A stretch of 64,000 nucleotides of DNA, taken from the human T2T-CHM13v2.0 reference genome, Homo sapiens. This document shows positions 17,229 to 30,746 of this stretch, in pieces. The position numbers and the translations under genes were made by a program. The stretch lies in assembly GCF_009914755.1 (NCBI RefSeq), contig NC_060925.1; one strand, given 5' to 3'. The notes below the pieces were generated by a model. That model did no database searches and was not told where the DNA came from. It was given only the letters and a program-made list of their open reading frames with translations. How positions within the stretch are numbered: position 1 is the stretch's first letter; every line of letters starts with the position of its first letter.

Positions 17229-18549
17229 CAACAAAGTTGATTTTTAAGACAATATTGAAAATGTGGATGGAGAACCAGGCCTGGAAACAAACTAGTTAAC
17301 ATTATTGATAATAAACTTGGAATTTGTTGAGATAATTTTCAATCTTATTTCCTTAATTCATCATATTGGCTGTTCTATCTGGGCTTCATATCACAATGCA
17401 TATGTGAGAAGAATGTACATCCTGTCTATGGTATTTCCCTAATATAGTTTCCAATATAGTTTCCCAAAAGAAGGGTTTAGCATGACTTGTTCATGCTGAT
17501 CCCACACCGGTTCCTAGGGAACAGCACACTTTTATCCAAGCATTCACAACACATTTCATAATCCAAATTTGTCAACTTAACTTTGAACAGAATAACTATT
17601 AGTAAGTTAAGTTGACAATGTTAATTTATTCTTCACTTTCCCTTTATGAAGTAGAAAGAAGTACAAACAAGTTCCTTTCCCTTCAAAACGAAGCAGTTGG
17701 GAAGAATTTCTCACGTCCTCATTCGGAGCAAAGAAGATGGAAATTACAGGAGTCTGTCCCCCTCAGTCTCTGGCTGCAGGAGAAAATTCTGTGCCTACAC
17801 TTTCAAAAGAATGCAGGCAACTCTTGGACTAATGGATCTCACCTCTTCTTGAGCCATTTCTCTGTTGCAAAAGATGGAAAAGGTAGAGATGCTGAAAAAG
17901 ATGGAGAGTTCCACTCAGCCCCTGCCAAAGAAGCCTAGGGAGTAGACATCCTCTAGGGCACAAATATTGGATGTGATACAGGAAGAGAAGTTTGAAAGGA
18001 GAGGAATACAAACACAAGTAGATAATGCTGCGCTGTAGGTTTCCCTCTGTCATGTGCTAAGTAATGCAGCTGAAGACAGGAGACTGATTTTAGCCTTGGG
18101 TTACCAGCACTGGACTAGATAGTTTGGTTGTGAAGATAGTTGTAGAGCAGTTAGATAAACTGTTCACCAAGACTGGTCTACACTAAAAACAAAGTAAGGG
18201 AGAGGGTTTCAGGTCACTCTGTCTTTTGTAGTGCTCTATCTGGACCACACAGTTATCCTGGATTTAATTGCCTACCAAGATCTCCTACACACCAGAGAGG
18301 GGTAAAGCAGGGCTGAGCATGCACAGTATGAGTTCATTTTAGGGGAACAAACAGTTTTGCGGTGGGGTGGAAGCGGGAACATCAAAGCCAGAATGTAAAA
18401 ATGCAGTACCTCATATAGACTTTTCCATTGTTTTACCAAAGGGCCTGAATCAAATAGCTCACCAGCTCAGTACCTCTGTTCTGCCTTGTATAAATTGAGG
18501 CAATACTGAATTCTGTCCTTTCTCTCTCTTCCTTGTGTCTTCCTTCCTT

Positions 18550-18830
18550 GTATTTATTTATTTAACTGCTATTTCTTTAACACCGTGAATGCAAGTCACT
18601 GCTCAAGGCCCTATAAAATGGGCCTTGCTCTCACAGAGCTTATATGCTAGTGAGGAAAACAGATGTTTATTTAAATAAGTAAACTCTGATAAATGCTATA
18701 AAGGCAAAGAACAGATGACTCACCTCTTAGTGGAGTAACGTGCAGTAATATGTGGAGAGGCCCTCTGTGGGAAAAACTTGAGTAGGAATATTAATGATGA
18801 AGATATTAAACTTGCCGGAAGAGAGAAGGG
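18550..18830 (-). mobile_element. L2 fragment
   Basis: ccttgctctcacagagcttatatgctagtgaggaaaacaga..gataaatgctataaagg. Confidence 0.55.
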
Positions 18831-18879
18831 CTGTTGAGATTGTAGAGCATCAGCAGTTCAATTGGGATATGTGGAGAGA

Positions 18880-18982
18880 ATGAAAGGCAGAGAGAGAAAG
18901 AGGCAGAGGCACTGAGAGAGGAGGCAGAGAGAGGGGGAGATATGGAGAGAGAGAGAGAGAGAGCAAGGAAGGAGAGAAGAGA
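18880..18982 (+). repeat. GA-rich low-complexity tract
   Basis: gagagagaaagaggcagag...gagagagagagagagagc. Confidence 0.85.
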
Positions 18983-20489
18983 TCTCTCCAGCTCTCACTT
19001 TCCCCTCCTCTCTCACTCTCCTTGAGGAGGGCCTGACTCTCACTAGCTCAGCATTTCATCAACAGTCCATGCAGCCAACAGCAACCTTTGCTCTCACTGG
19101 TCTTCATATCTCCTTTTTCCCTTTGGAGGGGGAAGTGATTGGGGAGTGGAAAAGCATGCATGTGCTGTGTCCAGGCTATCTATCAAGACAGGCAGAGGAG
19201 GGCACCAGGGAGGGCTGAGATTTCCAAATCACACTGTCAGGGTGAACTTAATGTTTGTTGTTAATGACTTTGACGTTATTAGGCTAGACAGAGGGATGTC
19301 GATGTGAATCATTTTCAGTGTTATTCCATATTCATAATGGACTAAATATAGTAAGAGGAATGGGACTGGCGGGCACGGGCCTCTGGTTGGTCATAGTGGA
19401 TGATTCCCATGATGAAATTAAATGCCAGCCCAGCTCTTTTGTTCCCTAAGAGGCACAGAAACCCATATCCCTAGCCTCCAACCCAAAGATGAAACCGAGA
19501 CACAGTTGTTAGATTTTTACCCTTCTTTCCCAGTAGCCAAATTCAAATAACATTTCATGAGGCCAGGCACTCGGTTCTGATTTGTGGAGATTTAGAGTCT
19601 ACAGGTGCCGCCAGGGGCAGCCAATCCCAACCTGTCTCTTCCTAAGGCAGTCTGTGCCTCTACTCCGTGCCAAAGCCTGGGGGTAGTGCTTTTCATTAAA
19701 TGAGAAGGTTAATGTTTTCACATATGTAAAAGAGAATAGGGTGGGGGAGGGGTTGCAATGAAATGAAAATAAATAAGCTTTTTTCTTTGTAAATCGTGAA
19801 AGGCAGAGGTCAAGAAAAAAAAGAAGTGAAGAAAAAATGGTCATTGTTTTATTTGTAGAATTCAAAACTAAGAACTCAGCTGGAATGCCTAGTATGCTAG
19901 AAGTTCTAGATCATAAGTTTTGATGGATTAAATTTATTGTTGACTGTATGCAATATATCATTTAACATTTAGTCCCAAATAAAGAAAAAAAGAATTTATT
20001 AATTTGGTTTTTATGTATAAAATTTCTGATTATAAAATAATATATATTCAACATAAAACAACTGAAAAAAATCAATAGGTAAAATTACATGTAATCTACC
20101 ACCCTAGGATGACCACTCCAGAAATTTTGTCTCTCATTCAATACTTTTCCTATGTATGTATATTGATGAGTGTTTGTGGTATGTAAATATATTTGTTGAT
20201 ATCTCTCTGTATATTTTACATCTATATCTATATCTTCAACCATGTTCTGATTGGCATATGTATGCACATTATACTGCCTTGAGGTAATAAACTTTAAAAT
20301 TCTTCAGTATAGACAATGTGATAAATGTGTGTATAATTTAATTTGAATATTCACCTGGAGTGATTCAGAAGTGTTTACTTAACACGTAAAAATTTATGGT
20401 CAAGATCTATACCAGTAGGTTTGCTATCACCATTATTGATTTTAGAAATAATTTTGGGAAGAGAAAAGTAAGCGGTATTCAGGATATGC

Positions 20490-21060
20490 GTCCTGGTTTT
20501 TTCTATTGTGAGCACTAGATTTCCCAGAGTCCCCTCATGCACCACTCTGAGCCAGAGTTGCTAAGAGGAGGATTTGCATGAGATTTGAGATTTGGGAGCT
20601 GGAAGGGAAGCAGCATTACTCTCTGAAGACTTTTGCAGTTTGATACATTAACAAACGAGCAGACGTGCCTAGCGTGCTCTAGCTTGTCCTTACTCTCCTT
20701 CTTCCCATGTCTTGCTCTTTTAACTCTCAGTCCTATTGTCCAACAACAGCCCGAACTAACTCCAGACTCTTGTCACAGATTCACAGAGGCTTTCCAATCA
20801 CCCCTCCTTAAGTCTTCCTCTATGTGGTCTCACTTTGATCACCTCCCACATTTGGTTTTTTAGATTCCCTTGCAAGTTCCAACTTTTCGACCTGCACCAG
20901 TGCCTTTTTGTCTGATCGTCTAGCTTCCCATTCCACACTTCTATTTCTTAAACTCCTCCCACAATTATGTACGGTGTCACAATTGTGTAACGTATGATAA
21001 ATGCGTTGTTCCATTACACTGAGTCACTCTGCTTCTCTGACTGAAATCTGAATGGCAATT
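20490..21060 (+). mobile_element. Old ERVL 5' LTR, family unresolved
   Basis: Ends ctctgcttctctgactgaaatctgaat, directly followed by an ERVL-like internal start (ttttgttccagaagtgg). Confidence 0.55.
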
Positions 21061-22050
21061 TTTGTTCCAGAAGTGGCTCCAGGTGAATAGAATCTAAAGG
21101 ATGAGAATCTCTGATCTGACTATTTTTAAAGGTGTTAATGACCCTATTTCTAGCGGTCAGTGGGAGACACGGGTAAATAGAAGTCCATGGCATGCAGTAC
21201 TATAATAGTTATTTAATTCATGACGTGTGGTCACATGGAGTCAAGTGCCTGGAGAAGACAGTTTTGAGTGATCAAGTAGCTACTGCCATAAAACATTTTA
21301 GATTTTCGTGGAAATAAAGAGTATAAGACTACGGGATTGGTTGGTTGCATCTAATTATATTGTAGAAAATGAAGAAGGAAAATAAGAAGCTCAGCACATT
21401 AAATTTCCAAATCAAGGTCGAGATACATGGCCACAAAACAGTTCTGGCTGCCCTATCTTTTCTCACTTCAGGTTGAGATTTCTGAAGAATAACTCCAAGT
21501 TTAATCTTATAAATGGCGGAGTTATAATGCAAATTGAATTTACAAGTTTGCAGAATCTCTCACTTAGAGCATTCGTTGGTAAGGAGTAGAATGCCAACAT
21601 TTGGAATGGGGATATGTGCATAGATTCAAATGAAGTTAATTACTTTGAATTCTTATATTCTGCCAAGATTGCATGAACTAGATACATACCTTTCTCCCTT
21701 GTCTGAGGAGATTAGCCTCCTCTTCCCTGAAGGACCTACAATGGTGTCTCCCACTTTGCATGGAATTTCTGATTCTCCTCAAGACCTACCCCTACAACAT
21801 CTCATTACTCTTAGAGCTATATCCAGACTCAAGTCTCAGCAGGCCCCAAGGAGTCAGTGAAGAACTATAACACATGAGGTATCACACACAGAGAATGAAT
21901 TGCAAGATTCTGACAATTATATAATCAGATATTTAGGGGAACATGTCTGGAAAAGAACCCTATGACATGGATAAGGATGGAAGGGGTATAATATTAGACC
22001 AGGACAAATTTACTGATGCCTATAATAAGCAAAAGTTCTGGATTCAATGA
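21060..22050 (+). mobile_element. Degenerate ERVL internal (gag-region) remnant
   Basis: tttggaatggggatatgtg, agactcaagtctcagcaggccccaagg, gaattgcaagattctgacaat, tataatattagaccaggacaaattt resemble ERVL gag. Confidence 0.7.
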
Positions 22051-22169
22051 ATTACTACTAATAGTTTGCATAAAAGTTGATTTCTAATTGTATGCCATCT
22101 ATAAGAAAGGCACTTCAAATATAAATAAATTATATTAAAATATCTTACCATAACTTTATAACAGTTCTT

Positions 22170-22400
22170 AAAATCAGACTTTTAAAATTTGTTGAGATAT
22201 TTATGGCTCAGCAAACAATTTATATTTTTTCAAAGATTGTGTATTCCATTCTTTTTGTGGCTATAGTGTTCTATAAAAATCTATTAGGTAAAGGTGATTG
22301 ATGGTATTATTCATTCTTAATATCTTCCTAGCCTTACAGATTTTTCATCCAGTTGTTCTATTACTGACAATGGACTGTTAAGATTCCCAAAATATAATTT
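22170..22400 (-). mobile_element. Old L1M ORF2 endonuclease-region fragment
   Basis: tttgttgagatatttatggc..tagtgttctata..ctgttaagattcccaaaatataatt. Confidence 0.6.
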
Positions 22401-22449
22401 ACATTTACATTAAAATAGTAATGTTAAATTACAGTTATTACAATAATAA

Positions 22450-24280
22450 AGTAAAATTTTATACCAATAAATTTAACTTAGATAAAATAGACAAATTCCT
22501 TATAAAATTACAACATATCACAACTGACACAAGACGATACGCAAAATGTAAACAGTTGTATCTACTTATAAAATTTCATGGGTAATTTTTTAAAAAAACT
22601 TTTCCACGAAGAAAACTCCATGCTCAGATAGTTTCAATGGTGAACTCTTCAAATATTCAAAGGAAGAAATAATAGCAATCTTACACTTTCATAACATGGA
22701 GGAGGAAAAAGTCAATTTCTTTATAAGACTCACATGACATTAATTTCTAAATCTGACAGGATATCACAAGAAAAGAAAATTTTAAAAAGCCATTTTTACA
22801 TGAACAAAAAATATCCTTAACAAAATATAGCAAATCTCATGAAGACTAGCAGAGTTTATTCTAGAAATGCAATACTATGTTAACAACTGAAACAATTAAA
22901 GTAATGCATTGCAATAACAGAATGAAATAGAAAAATATGATTGGCTTGATAGAGGTGAAAATTTTTGTCAAAATTTACCATACATTTATGATTTTTAAAT
23001 TCTTAGAAAAACTGAGAATAAAAGGAAGCTTCTACAACTTGATAAAAGGTGTATATGAAAAAACCTATGTGATCATTATTTATTTATTTATTTATTTTTT
23101 GAGACAGAGTCTCACTCTGTCACCCAGGCTGAAGTCCAGTGGCATGATCTCGGCTCACTGCAACCTGCGCCTCCTAGGTTCAAGCAATTGTTCTGGCCTC
23201 AGCCTCCCAAATAGCTGGGACTACAGGCGCACACCACCACACCCAGCTAAGTTTTTTGTATTTTTAGTGGAGATAAAGTTTCACCATATTGGCCAGGCTG
23301 ATTTCAAACTCTTGACCTCGTGATCTGCCTGCCTCAGGCTCCCAAAGTGCTGGGATTACAGGTGTGAGCCACTGCACCTGGCCTGTGGTCATTATTTTTA
23401 ACAGTGATAATAGTGGTATATTAAATTATTTCCCCTGAAGATTGGGGGAAAGGCAGGGATGTCTATTCTCATCCCTCCTAGTGTTATTCAGAACAGTTAT
23501 TTTAAAAAAGTATAAAGTTTGGATAGGAAGCAGTGAAATATTCATAGATAAAATAATTGTTTATATAGAAAATTTTATGTAATCTTCTTGAAAAAAATCT
23601 ACTAGACCTGATAAGTAGAATTAGAAAGGTTACTAGATACAAGGTTAATATCTTTTTAAAAAGCAAAAAATTGGAAAATGAAACTTAAAAAAATGTATTT
23701 ACAATAACATCAACATAAAAAGTAAAAATAAATTTACCAAAAATCATGCAAGACTTCTACCTTAAAAATTTGAAACTACCGAGATAAAGCAGAAAATGCC
23801 TTAATGAGCAGAGATATACCATTTCCATCAGTTGAAAGACTCAACATTGTTAAGATGTCAGTTCTCCTGAAATTGATCTATAAATTAAACACAATCTCAA
23901 TCATTATACCTACAGACTTTTTAAACAGAAATTGGTAGTTGATTCTAAAATATTCATAAAAATGCAATGGTCCAGATTAATCAAAACAATCTCAGAGAGA
24001 GAGAGAAAGAGAGAGAGGCCAAAGTTGAATTCTCAAGCCTGATTTCAAGACCTGCTAAAAAGCTACAGTAATCACATGAGTGTGGTATGGCATAATGATA
24101 GAGAGATCAGAACGGAGCACAGAAATCGATCCCCACACATACAGTATACTGATTTTCAACAAAGTTACCAAGGCAATTTAATAAGGAGAGAAAAAAATAT
24201 TCCAACGAATTATGCTGAAACAACCAGTTAGTACGGAAAAACAAACAAACAAACAAAAAACCTCTATCTCTCTACCTTAT
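22450..24280 (+). mobile_element. Old L1M ORF2 (RT region) fragment, interrupted by Alu
   Basis: ataaaatagacaaattcc, aagaaaactccatgctcagatagtttcaatggtgaact, aagactcaacattgttaagatgtcagttctc. Confidence 0.85.
23077..23384 (-). mobile_element. AluS (Sg-like)
   Basis: gacctcgtgatc with ggccaggctg; TSD tgtgatcattattt / tgtggtcattattt. Confidence 0.92.
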
Positions 24281-24299
24281 ATTGCTATTTTAATTAGAC

Positions 24300-24640
24300 T
24301 TTCTTTTTCATCGCAACAACCCAGTAGTTTGCCTTGGGTCTCGGCTGTGAAACAGGTTCAGGTAGACTCCATGTGTCTTTCATTTTGGGGCACAAATTGA
24401 AAAAGTAACACTGTATGAAGATTGCTCTTTTATTAAATAACAAAACTAGGAATATAAGAGGTGAAAGATTAACTCACAAGCACATTTAAAGCCTCTGCTC
24501 AATACGGTATCCATCACATATACTCCCAGTCCATTGGATGAAGAAATCACATGGCCAATCCCAACCTCCAAGGGATGGGGAAGTACACTCCTTTAGAGTG
24601 GAGGGGGGAGAAGTGAGCATTTGCTGAACAATAATATTAT
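24300..24640 (-). mobile_element. Old MLT1 (J/K-like) LTR
   Basis: ccattggatgaagaaatcacatggccaatcccaacctccaagggatggggaagtacactc..atttgctgaacaataat. Confidence 0.6.
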
Positions 24641-24649
24641 TTTACGTAT

Positions 24650-25990
24650 CTTCCTCTTTCTTGTTGCATATTTGAAAAAATATTTATTCTACCTCCTTAG
24701 AGTAAGTAGACTTAGAGTTTGGCTGAGTGCAGAATTCTCCGTTTGAGAATAAATTTTCCTAGTATTTCAAGGGAATTGTCCCACCCATGACTTACAGCAT
24801 CCAGAATTCCTGATGAACAATCCAGTTTTTTCTGTTGCAAATGACCTGCTTTTTCCTCTCTGAAAACATCTTTTTTATCTAAAATTCCACTATAATATGT
24901 CTAGTTTGATAGTGTTTCACTCATTCTAACTGATGATAGGGAAGACTTTTCAATCTGGAAATTCATAACTCTCATTCTTGAAAATGCCATTGTACTACTT
25001 CTTTGATAATTCCCCCTTTTCATTTTCTGAGCTCTCTTTCTGGAACTCTGTCCTAGACTGACCTTTTAAGTCTGACTTTTTAATTTATATATTGCACTTG
25101 GGCCTATTCGTTCTATGTTTTGAGAGCTTTTTCTTGGTATTGTTTTCCAAGCTTTCAATGGAATATTTTTCTTTAAATATGTCAATTAAGATGCTTGTGG
25201 CCTTTGAGTAAGTAAGGATTCAACACAAAATAGGTTAAACAAAAAGGGGGTTATCTCCAAAAGCAAAAAGTTCAGAGGTGGGTAGCAAAGTGGTTGATTA
25301 ATTCAACTGCTTAATGACATAGGGCTGTGGCAGCTGTATTATGTCACCCTTGTCACTTGGCTTACAGACTTTTAGTAACAGGATGGCTGCAGCAACACCA
25401 AGCATTGTATCTCCACACAACTAGATCTAAAGGAAGAAAAGGAATCATCTGTCTTGTGTTCTTTTTTAAGAGCGAGAAAAACTGTCCCAGAAACCCCATA
25501 ACAGACTTTTCTTCAAACTTCATTGGCCGATATTGTATCACATACTCATTCTTAAGCCAGTCATATGACAGAAGGAATAGAATTTTCACACTAAACTAAT
25601 CAAGACCCACTTCTGGTGATGCGGAGGAACTAAGTCTTCCCTGAAACACAAGACATTTGGAGAAAGGTGCACACAATCAGGATTCTGCCAGAAGAGGGGA
25701 GATGAGGTGAGCAGTTGTAGCATAAGCAACTCAGAGTGCTATATTTGGCAATCAGAGTCTTAATGTCAAATAGCTCCTTTCTGTTTTGATTGTTCTATTT
25801 TCATGATATAATTTCTTGTTTTATGAATGCAGTTATTCTTTTATCTCAGAGGATTCTAATTAGTTTTATAGACTCTCTGATATTTTTCTTACACATGTTT
25901 TTTACGACATTGTTTTTTCTATCTTATCTCCATCAGGCTGGCATTCCTGAACAGTCTATTGATCCTTAGTCATGCCTATATCTTAAATGT
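24650..25990 (-). mobile_element. L1ME/HAL1-like ORF1 fragment, interrupted by an MLT1 at ~25180-25745
   Basis: agaattctccgtttgagaataaattttcc; ttttcaatctggaaattcat. MLT1 begins tgtcaattaagatgcttgtggc..aaataggttaaacaaaaagggg. Confidence 0.55.
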
Positions 25991-26821
25991 GACAACCAAG
26001 AGCAGACTAGGGGCTTAATGCCTATGGATGGGATTTTCATCTGGCAGGCTATGGCCCAGGATAATTAGGCCAGAAGTGTGCAGCTATTTCTCAGGAAGAT
26101 CTTTAGGATAAAAAGCGCAGATATTTTTTCTAAAGGAAATTGAATTTCCCAATTTGGAAAAAAATTTAAGGGTGGGGAAGTGAGTAAGGAAAAACACGTG
26201 TTCAGGAAAACAAGTATGTATATGTACTTCCAATTAATCCAATTTATAACTCCATGTTAACTTCCTATCCACTCTTCTAGCCACGTGCCTGCAGCCTCTG
26301 CCTTGGTTTCTGTGCTACAGAGGTTCCCATTCTGTCCTTCTTCTGGCCTCAGCCCTCCCCACTGGCAAGGAGTTCAAAGGACCAAGGAAACATCCATCCA
26401 ATGCTCACAGTTCCCCTTTTTGACCATGCTCTGGCTAACCAGGATCTAAGAATTCTCTGCCCAGTCAGCTCCAAGCTCTCTTCCTTCCAGAGACTGTTCA
26501 GCCCTCTTTCCTAGGCCTTGAAAGTTAGAAGGGGAGGTCACTTGTAGGTGTGGATGAAGCTCCAACACGTGCCAACTGGGTTGACTACACAGGCACACAG
26601 GAGGCCTTTTGTGGTGCAGAGCAGAGGTAGGGAGTAAGGGAAGGGGTGCTGGCTGGGGGTTGAGGACACTATTTGTACCATTCTCCTGGGCCCCACAAAG
26701 AACATGAAGCTTGTTTGCCTCTATCTCTCTCATTCCTGGTGCTTGCAAATTCCATACCTCGTTGGGATTAGGAAGGTAAAGAACAGCTTCTTCATTTATA
26801 TCACCCAGGTGTTCTCTAAGT

Positions 26822-26990
26822 TCATGCTTCCCAAACTTGACAATATGTAAGAATCAATTGAGCTTATTAAATAGATTTCTGGCCCAACCCACAGAATCTT
26901 ATTCAGTAGTTCTGGCAAGTGGCAAGGGACCCTAACACGTTCTCGGGTGACCTGCTGACCCATAGACCACAATCTAAGCATTGCTTTGTA
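26822..26990. mobile_element. MER5-family hAT-Charlie MITE
   Basis: catgcttcccaaacttg..aagaatca..ctggcccaacccacagaatcttattcagtag. Confidence 0.65.
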
Positions 26991-27329
26991 CAGGCCTCCT
27001 GCACTCCTATGTCTTACTTCAGCAATTTCAAATTTCCTATCTATTCTCTCTTTCTCTCTCTCTGTCTCTCAGAAATTTATTTAAATTTTTATCTGCAATG
27101 TTTCTTCATTGTTGTGTTTTATGCCTTTGAAATTTTTATTTACTATCATTTTAGTGGCTTCTTAAGGGGAAGAAAAGATAAATGTATGTGATCAGTCATA
27201 TTTTTTGTGAAAGTTTTATAAAAGTTTTTTTAATTGGTATTTAAAGGGGTAATTTTTATTTAACTGAAAATTAACTTAAGTGACCTGCCTCTTCTTTCTG
27301 ATGGTGACAGATAAATGGAGTGTTACAGT

Positions 27330-28200
27330 ATTATCATAAAATAATAGTTTTGAGTCTAAGACTTGATTTGACCTCTACTTGACCTAATGCACATGAATAT
27401 TATTTTACCCTAGCAGCTTCATCTGTAAAATGTCAATATCATAATTATACTTGATTCACATTTAATAGGAGTATTTTGAGGTTAAATGAGAAATTACTTA
27501 TGAGACATTTCCAGGACTTGCATTGCAGTAATCGGGCTCCATATTTATGTAGGTCTTGGCTCTGAGTCGCCTCAGACCCAACACAGACATTGTCTAAGTC
27601 ACCATTCCCTGGCATACTGGAAAGAAATGCAATATAATTGGAAGAGAATAAGCGCTGGAGTCAGACAAACCTCAGTTTGAATTTGATCTGAGCCACTAGC
27701 TACCTGACCTTAGGCACATTTCTTAATTTGCAGAAAATGGCATCAGACAAAGATCTAATAACTTTATTTAAAAATGCATGCTAATTGATAATAAAAACAA
27801 TAGAATCCTAAAAGATAATATAAAAAAACAAAAATTCACAAGAAGACAAAATGCTGCTAATAAATGAACACATGAAAAATATTCAACCTTGCCATTCAGT
27901 TTTTTAAAGATACAGAAATCAAAACAATATATTATTTTTATCTATAGACTGGCAAATATTTTTAAATGACAATACATATTATTATCCAGTGATATATATA
28001 TGCTTTCGGAACTTGAGGTGCTGTATCATGATAGGACATTTCTGTAAGATACTTAACAGCATGTATGCATCACGATTCTCAAAAATGTCCATATCTCTTG
28101 ATTTGGCAGTTTTTCTGTTTATTCGTATGTCTCTATGTGTATCTCTTATGAAAAAATACTCTATATGGGGAATAATGAATAAAGATATGGCTGTATTGTC
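27330..28200 (+). mobile_element. MIR fragments (~27330-27520, ~27630-27730) followed by an L1ME 3' fragment (~27740-28200)
   Basis: ctggagtcagacaaacctcagtttgaat; acatgaaaaatattcaacctt..agactggcaaatatttttt. Confidence 0.6.
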
Positions 28201-28709
28201 TATAATTAGCTTTCAAATACCTCAGTAGGGAAAGTGTGACAGGTGCATGTTCCTTTTAATCTACACCTTCTGGGAAAATATAGATAATACTTAAACTTTT
28301 GTAAAGAGGAACACACATTCTTGAGGGATAATCAAGACACTGTATTCCTGAGGGAATAATAATTAGAAAGCTTGATCATTATATATGGGATATTACAAAG
28401 TATTTTTGATGTGCAATAAGTAGAGGTTGGATGATGATGGGGGTGTTCTATAGACTTGTTAGACATTGTGTGTTAGGTACTTAGGAATTTTCTGGGAAAT
28501 CATCTTAATGTTGTTATCTTCTCTAATTCAGTCTCAGGGACAGGTTCAGCTTCCTGTAGGCCTGAGTTCTATAAAGTTTATCCAAGTAAGAGAGTAGAGG
28601 GAATGGATGGAGACCTCTGATGGTGACTGATTGGAGACCTCAGTTTCCTAAGATCCGATGAAGTCCTTCCTTGTCCTTAGGTTAGAAGTAGCTGATGTCT
28701 GTCTCTGAG

Positions 28710-29512
28710 TAGAAAAAACACACATCTTTTCTCCTACTTTCCTCTCCTACCACAGAATGCTTCTATGACCAAATAGGTGGGATTATTTTTTTCCCCACAC
28801 ATGAAGCAAGAAAGCAATTCTCCAGATTCAGCAGCAGACACCAGCTTGATATCTTCTAATTCAATTCAATTCTGACACTATCTACCTGGAGACAGTGTCA
28901 GATCCCAAAGGTTGAGGGTTCAGTCCCACAAGAGTGTCCCCACCCATTGAGATGCCAATTGCAAGCCCCAGGTTGTTTCACTTGTACTTCTCACTAATCA
29001 ACCACAAATTGGGGTTCTCATGACCCCCTCCTGGTTTGATTAATTTGCTAGAGCAGCTCACAGAACTCAGGGAAACACTTACATTTACTGGTTTATTATA
29101 AAGGATATTACAAAGGCTATAGATGAACATCAGATGGGAGAGATGCATAGGGCAAGATGTGTGGGAAGGGGTGCCCACTCTAGGCACCTCGCCGTGTTCG
29201 GTCATCTGAAAGTTCTCCAAACCCAGCCCTTTGCGTTTTTATGGAAGTCTTGTTACCTAGGTATGATTGATTAAATGCCATTGGTGATCAACTCGACCTT
29301 CGCCTCTTTCCCCGGAGGTTGGGGAGTGGGGAAGAAAGTCTCAATCTTCTAATCATGCCTTGGTTTTTCTAGAGACCAGCTTCTAACGTGAAGCTACCTA
29401 GAAGCAATTAGTTAACTCATTAGCATATATCACCTTGGAGGTTCTAAGGATTTTAGGAGTTGTATGCCTGAAAACTCCAAAGAAAAGCAAATATATATTT
29501 TACAATAGTATA
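28710..29512 (-). mobile_element. MER21-family LTR
   Basis: tcaattcaattctgacactatctacctggaga..tcagatccca..aatttgctagagcagctcacagaactcagggaaacac..aaatatatattttacaat. Confidence 0.85.
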
Positions 29513-30019
29513 CCCTCTGTGAGGGTGGTTTCAGCATTGGGCCTGCAAAGTCAGTGCACCTGGTAGTGTGGGGGCCTTGAGTCTTACTCCAGATGCAGAA
29601 TCAGCTTCTCCATATTTTGTTCTGAAATGCTCCATTGTTTGGGATCTCCCAAACACTCCACTGTATGGGAATGAAAGGTAAAGCAGAGGCCTAGGGAATT
29701 TATGGACCATGCTAAAGAAGGAACTCAAAGGTGAAGTATAGGATATAGGTGCTCCAAACAGTGAGACCACAGGTCTCCATTCAGAAAGAGCTGAGACCCA
29801 AGAGAAGGTGAGTGGTGGGTAATGGAGGTCACCAGTTGCTTGACACAGGCCCAAAGCACAGGATGTTGAGGGTGGTCTTATGAGTCACAAGACCTCCAGT
29901 AAAGAGCATCTTTTAATGAAGTGTATCTGCCTGGGCTAGAAAGGCAGCTGCCTCCACTAAAGCAGGGCTGGTCCAGAAATATTACCACTGGCATTAGCTA
30001 TGCTTCCTTAGGCAGACAG

Positions 30020-30200
30020 CATGTTGAGAAATTCACATTCATCAGCTTGCCTAATCCTTATAGTAATCCTAACTGGCAGGTATTATTATATCCCAATTCA
30101 CACACTTAGAGGGATTTTATATTTTGCCTAAGACGGTAAATGTGGCTCATGGCACAGCCAAAATGTGAATTCAGGTCCATCAGTTTCCAAATCCCAGCCC
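30020..30200 (-). mobile_element. MIR
   Basis: taatccttatagtaatcctaactggcaggtattattatatccca..ttgcctaag. Confidence 0.55.
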
Positions 30201-30746
30201 CTAGTAAATGGATGGACATGGGATAGCAGATTAACAGTGCCATCAGTCATAGAGGGGACTGCTACCCAAAGTCCAGAGTAGTGAGGGCCTGAGGCACAGC
30301 CACTCTCTCCTCCTGCTGGGCTGTGTGGGGTGTCAAGGGGGGAGAGGACCTTGGGGGAAAGGGTCGTGGTGGTAACCATGGCACCCCAAAGACAGAGCCT
30401 GCCTCTGAAGTCACATTTCTAAGTACATGGCCGGCACAACCACCAAAAGCAGCTGTGGTCGCAAGCAAGTCAGCTGCTAAGGGGAGGAGGTGTGGCCATG
30501 CCTCAAGCCTTGTCACCAGGACTTTGTAAAGGTCCACAAGTTCCCAGAGGCTGGACTGCTAACCCCTGTGGCTACTTCACACTGACTAGGTTCTTCTCTC
30601 TAGACCTGGCTCATAGAGATTGGCCTTTTCTCTTCAGGCTTTTGTTCTTAGAGACCGAGTACTGCTGTCCAAGGCCCATCACTCCTGGAACACTGTTTTT
30701 TTTTTATTTCCTGGTGAACACTGTTTTATATATCTCACAGAGAGGC

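Noticed and set aside
17612-18200. Possible coding exon or pseudogene in unique sequence
   Set aside because: No frame resembles a protein I recognise, and no convincing splice-site pair.
13350-29512. Two oppositely oriented MER21 LTRs as the ends of one provirus
   Set aside because: Proviral LTRs are direct repeats; these are inverted and clearly diverged from each other.
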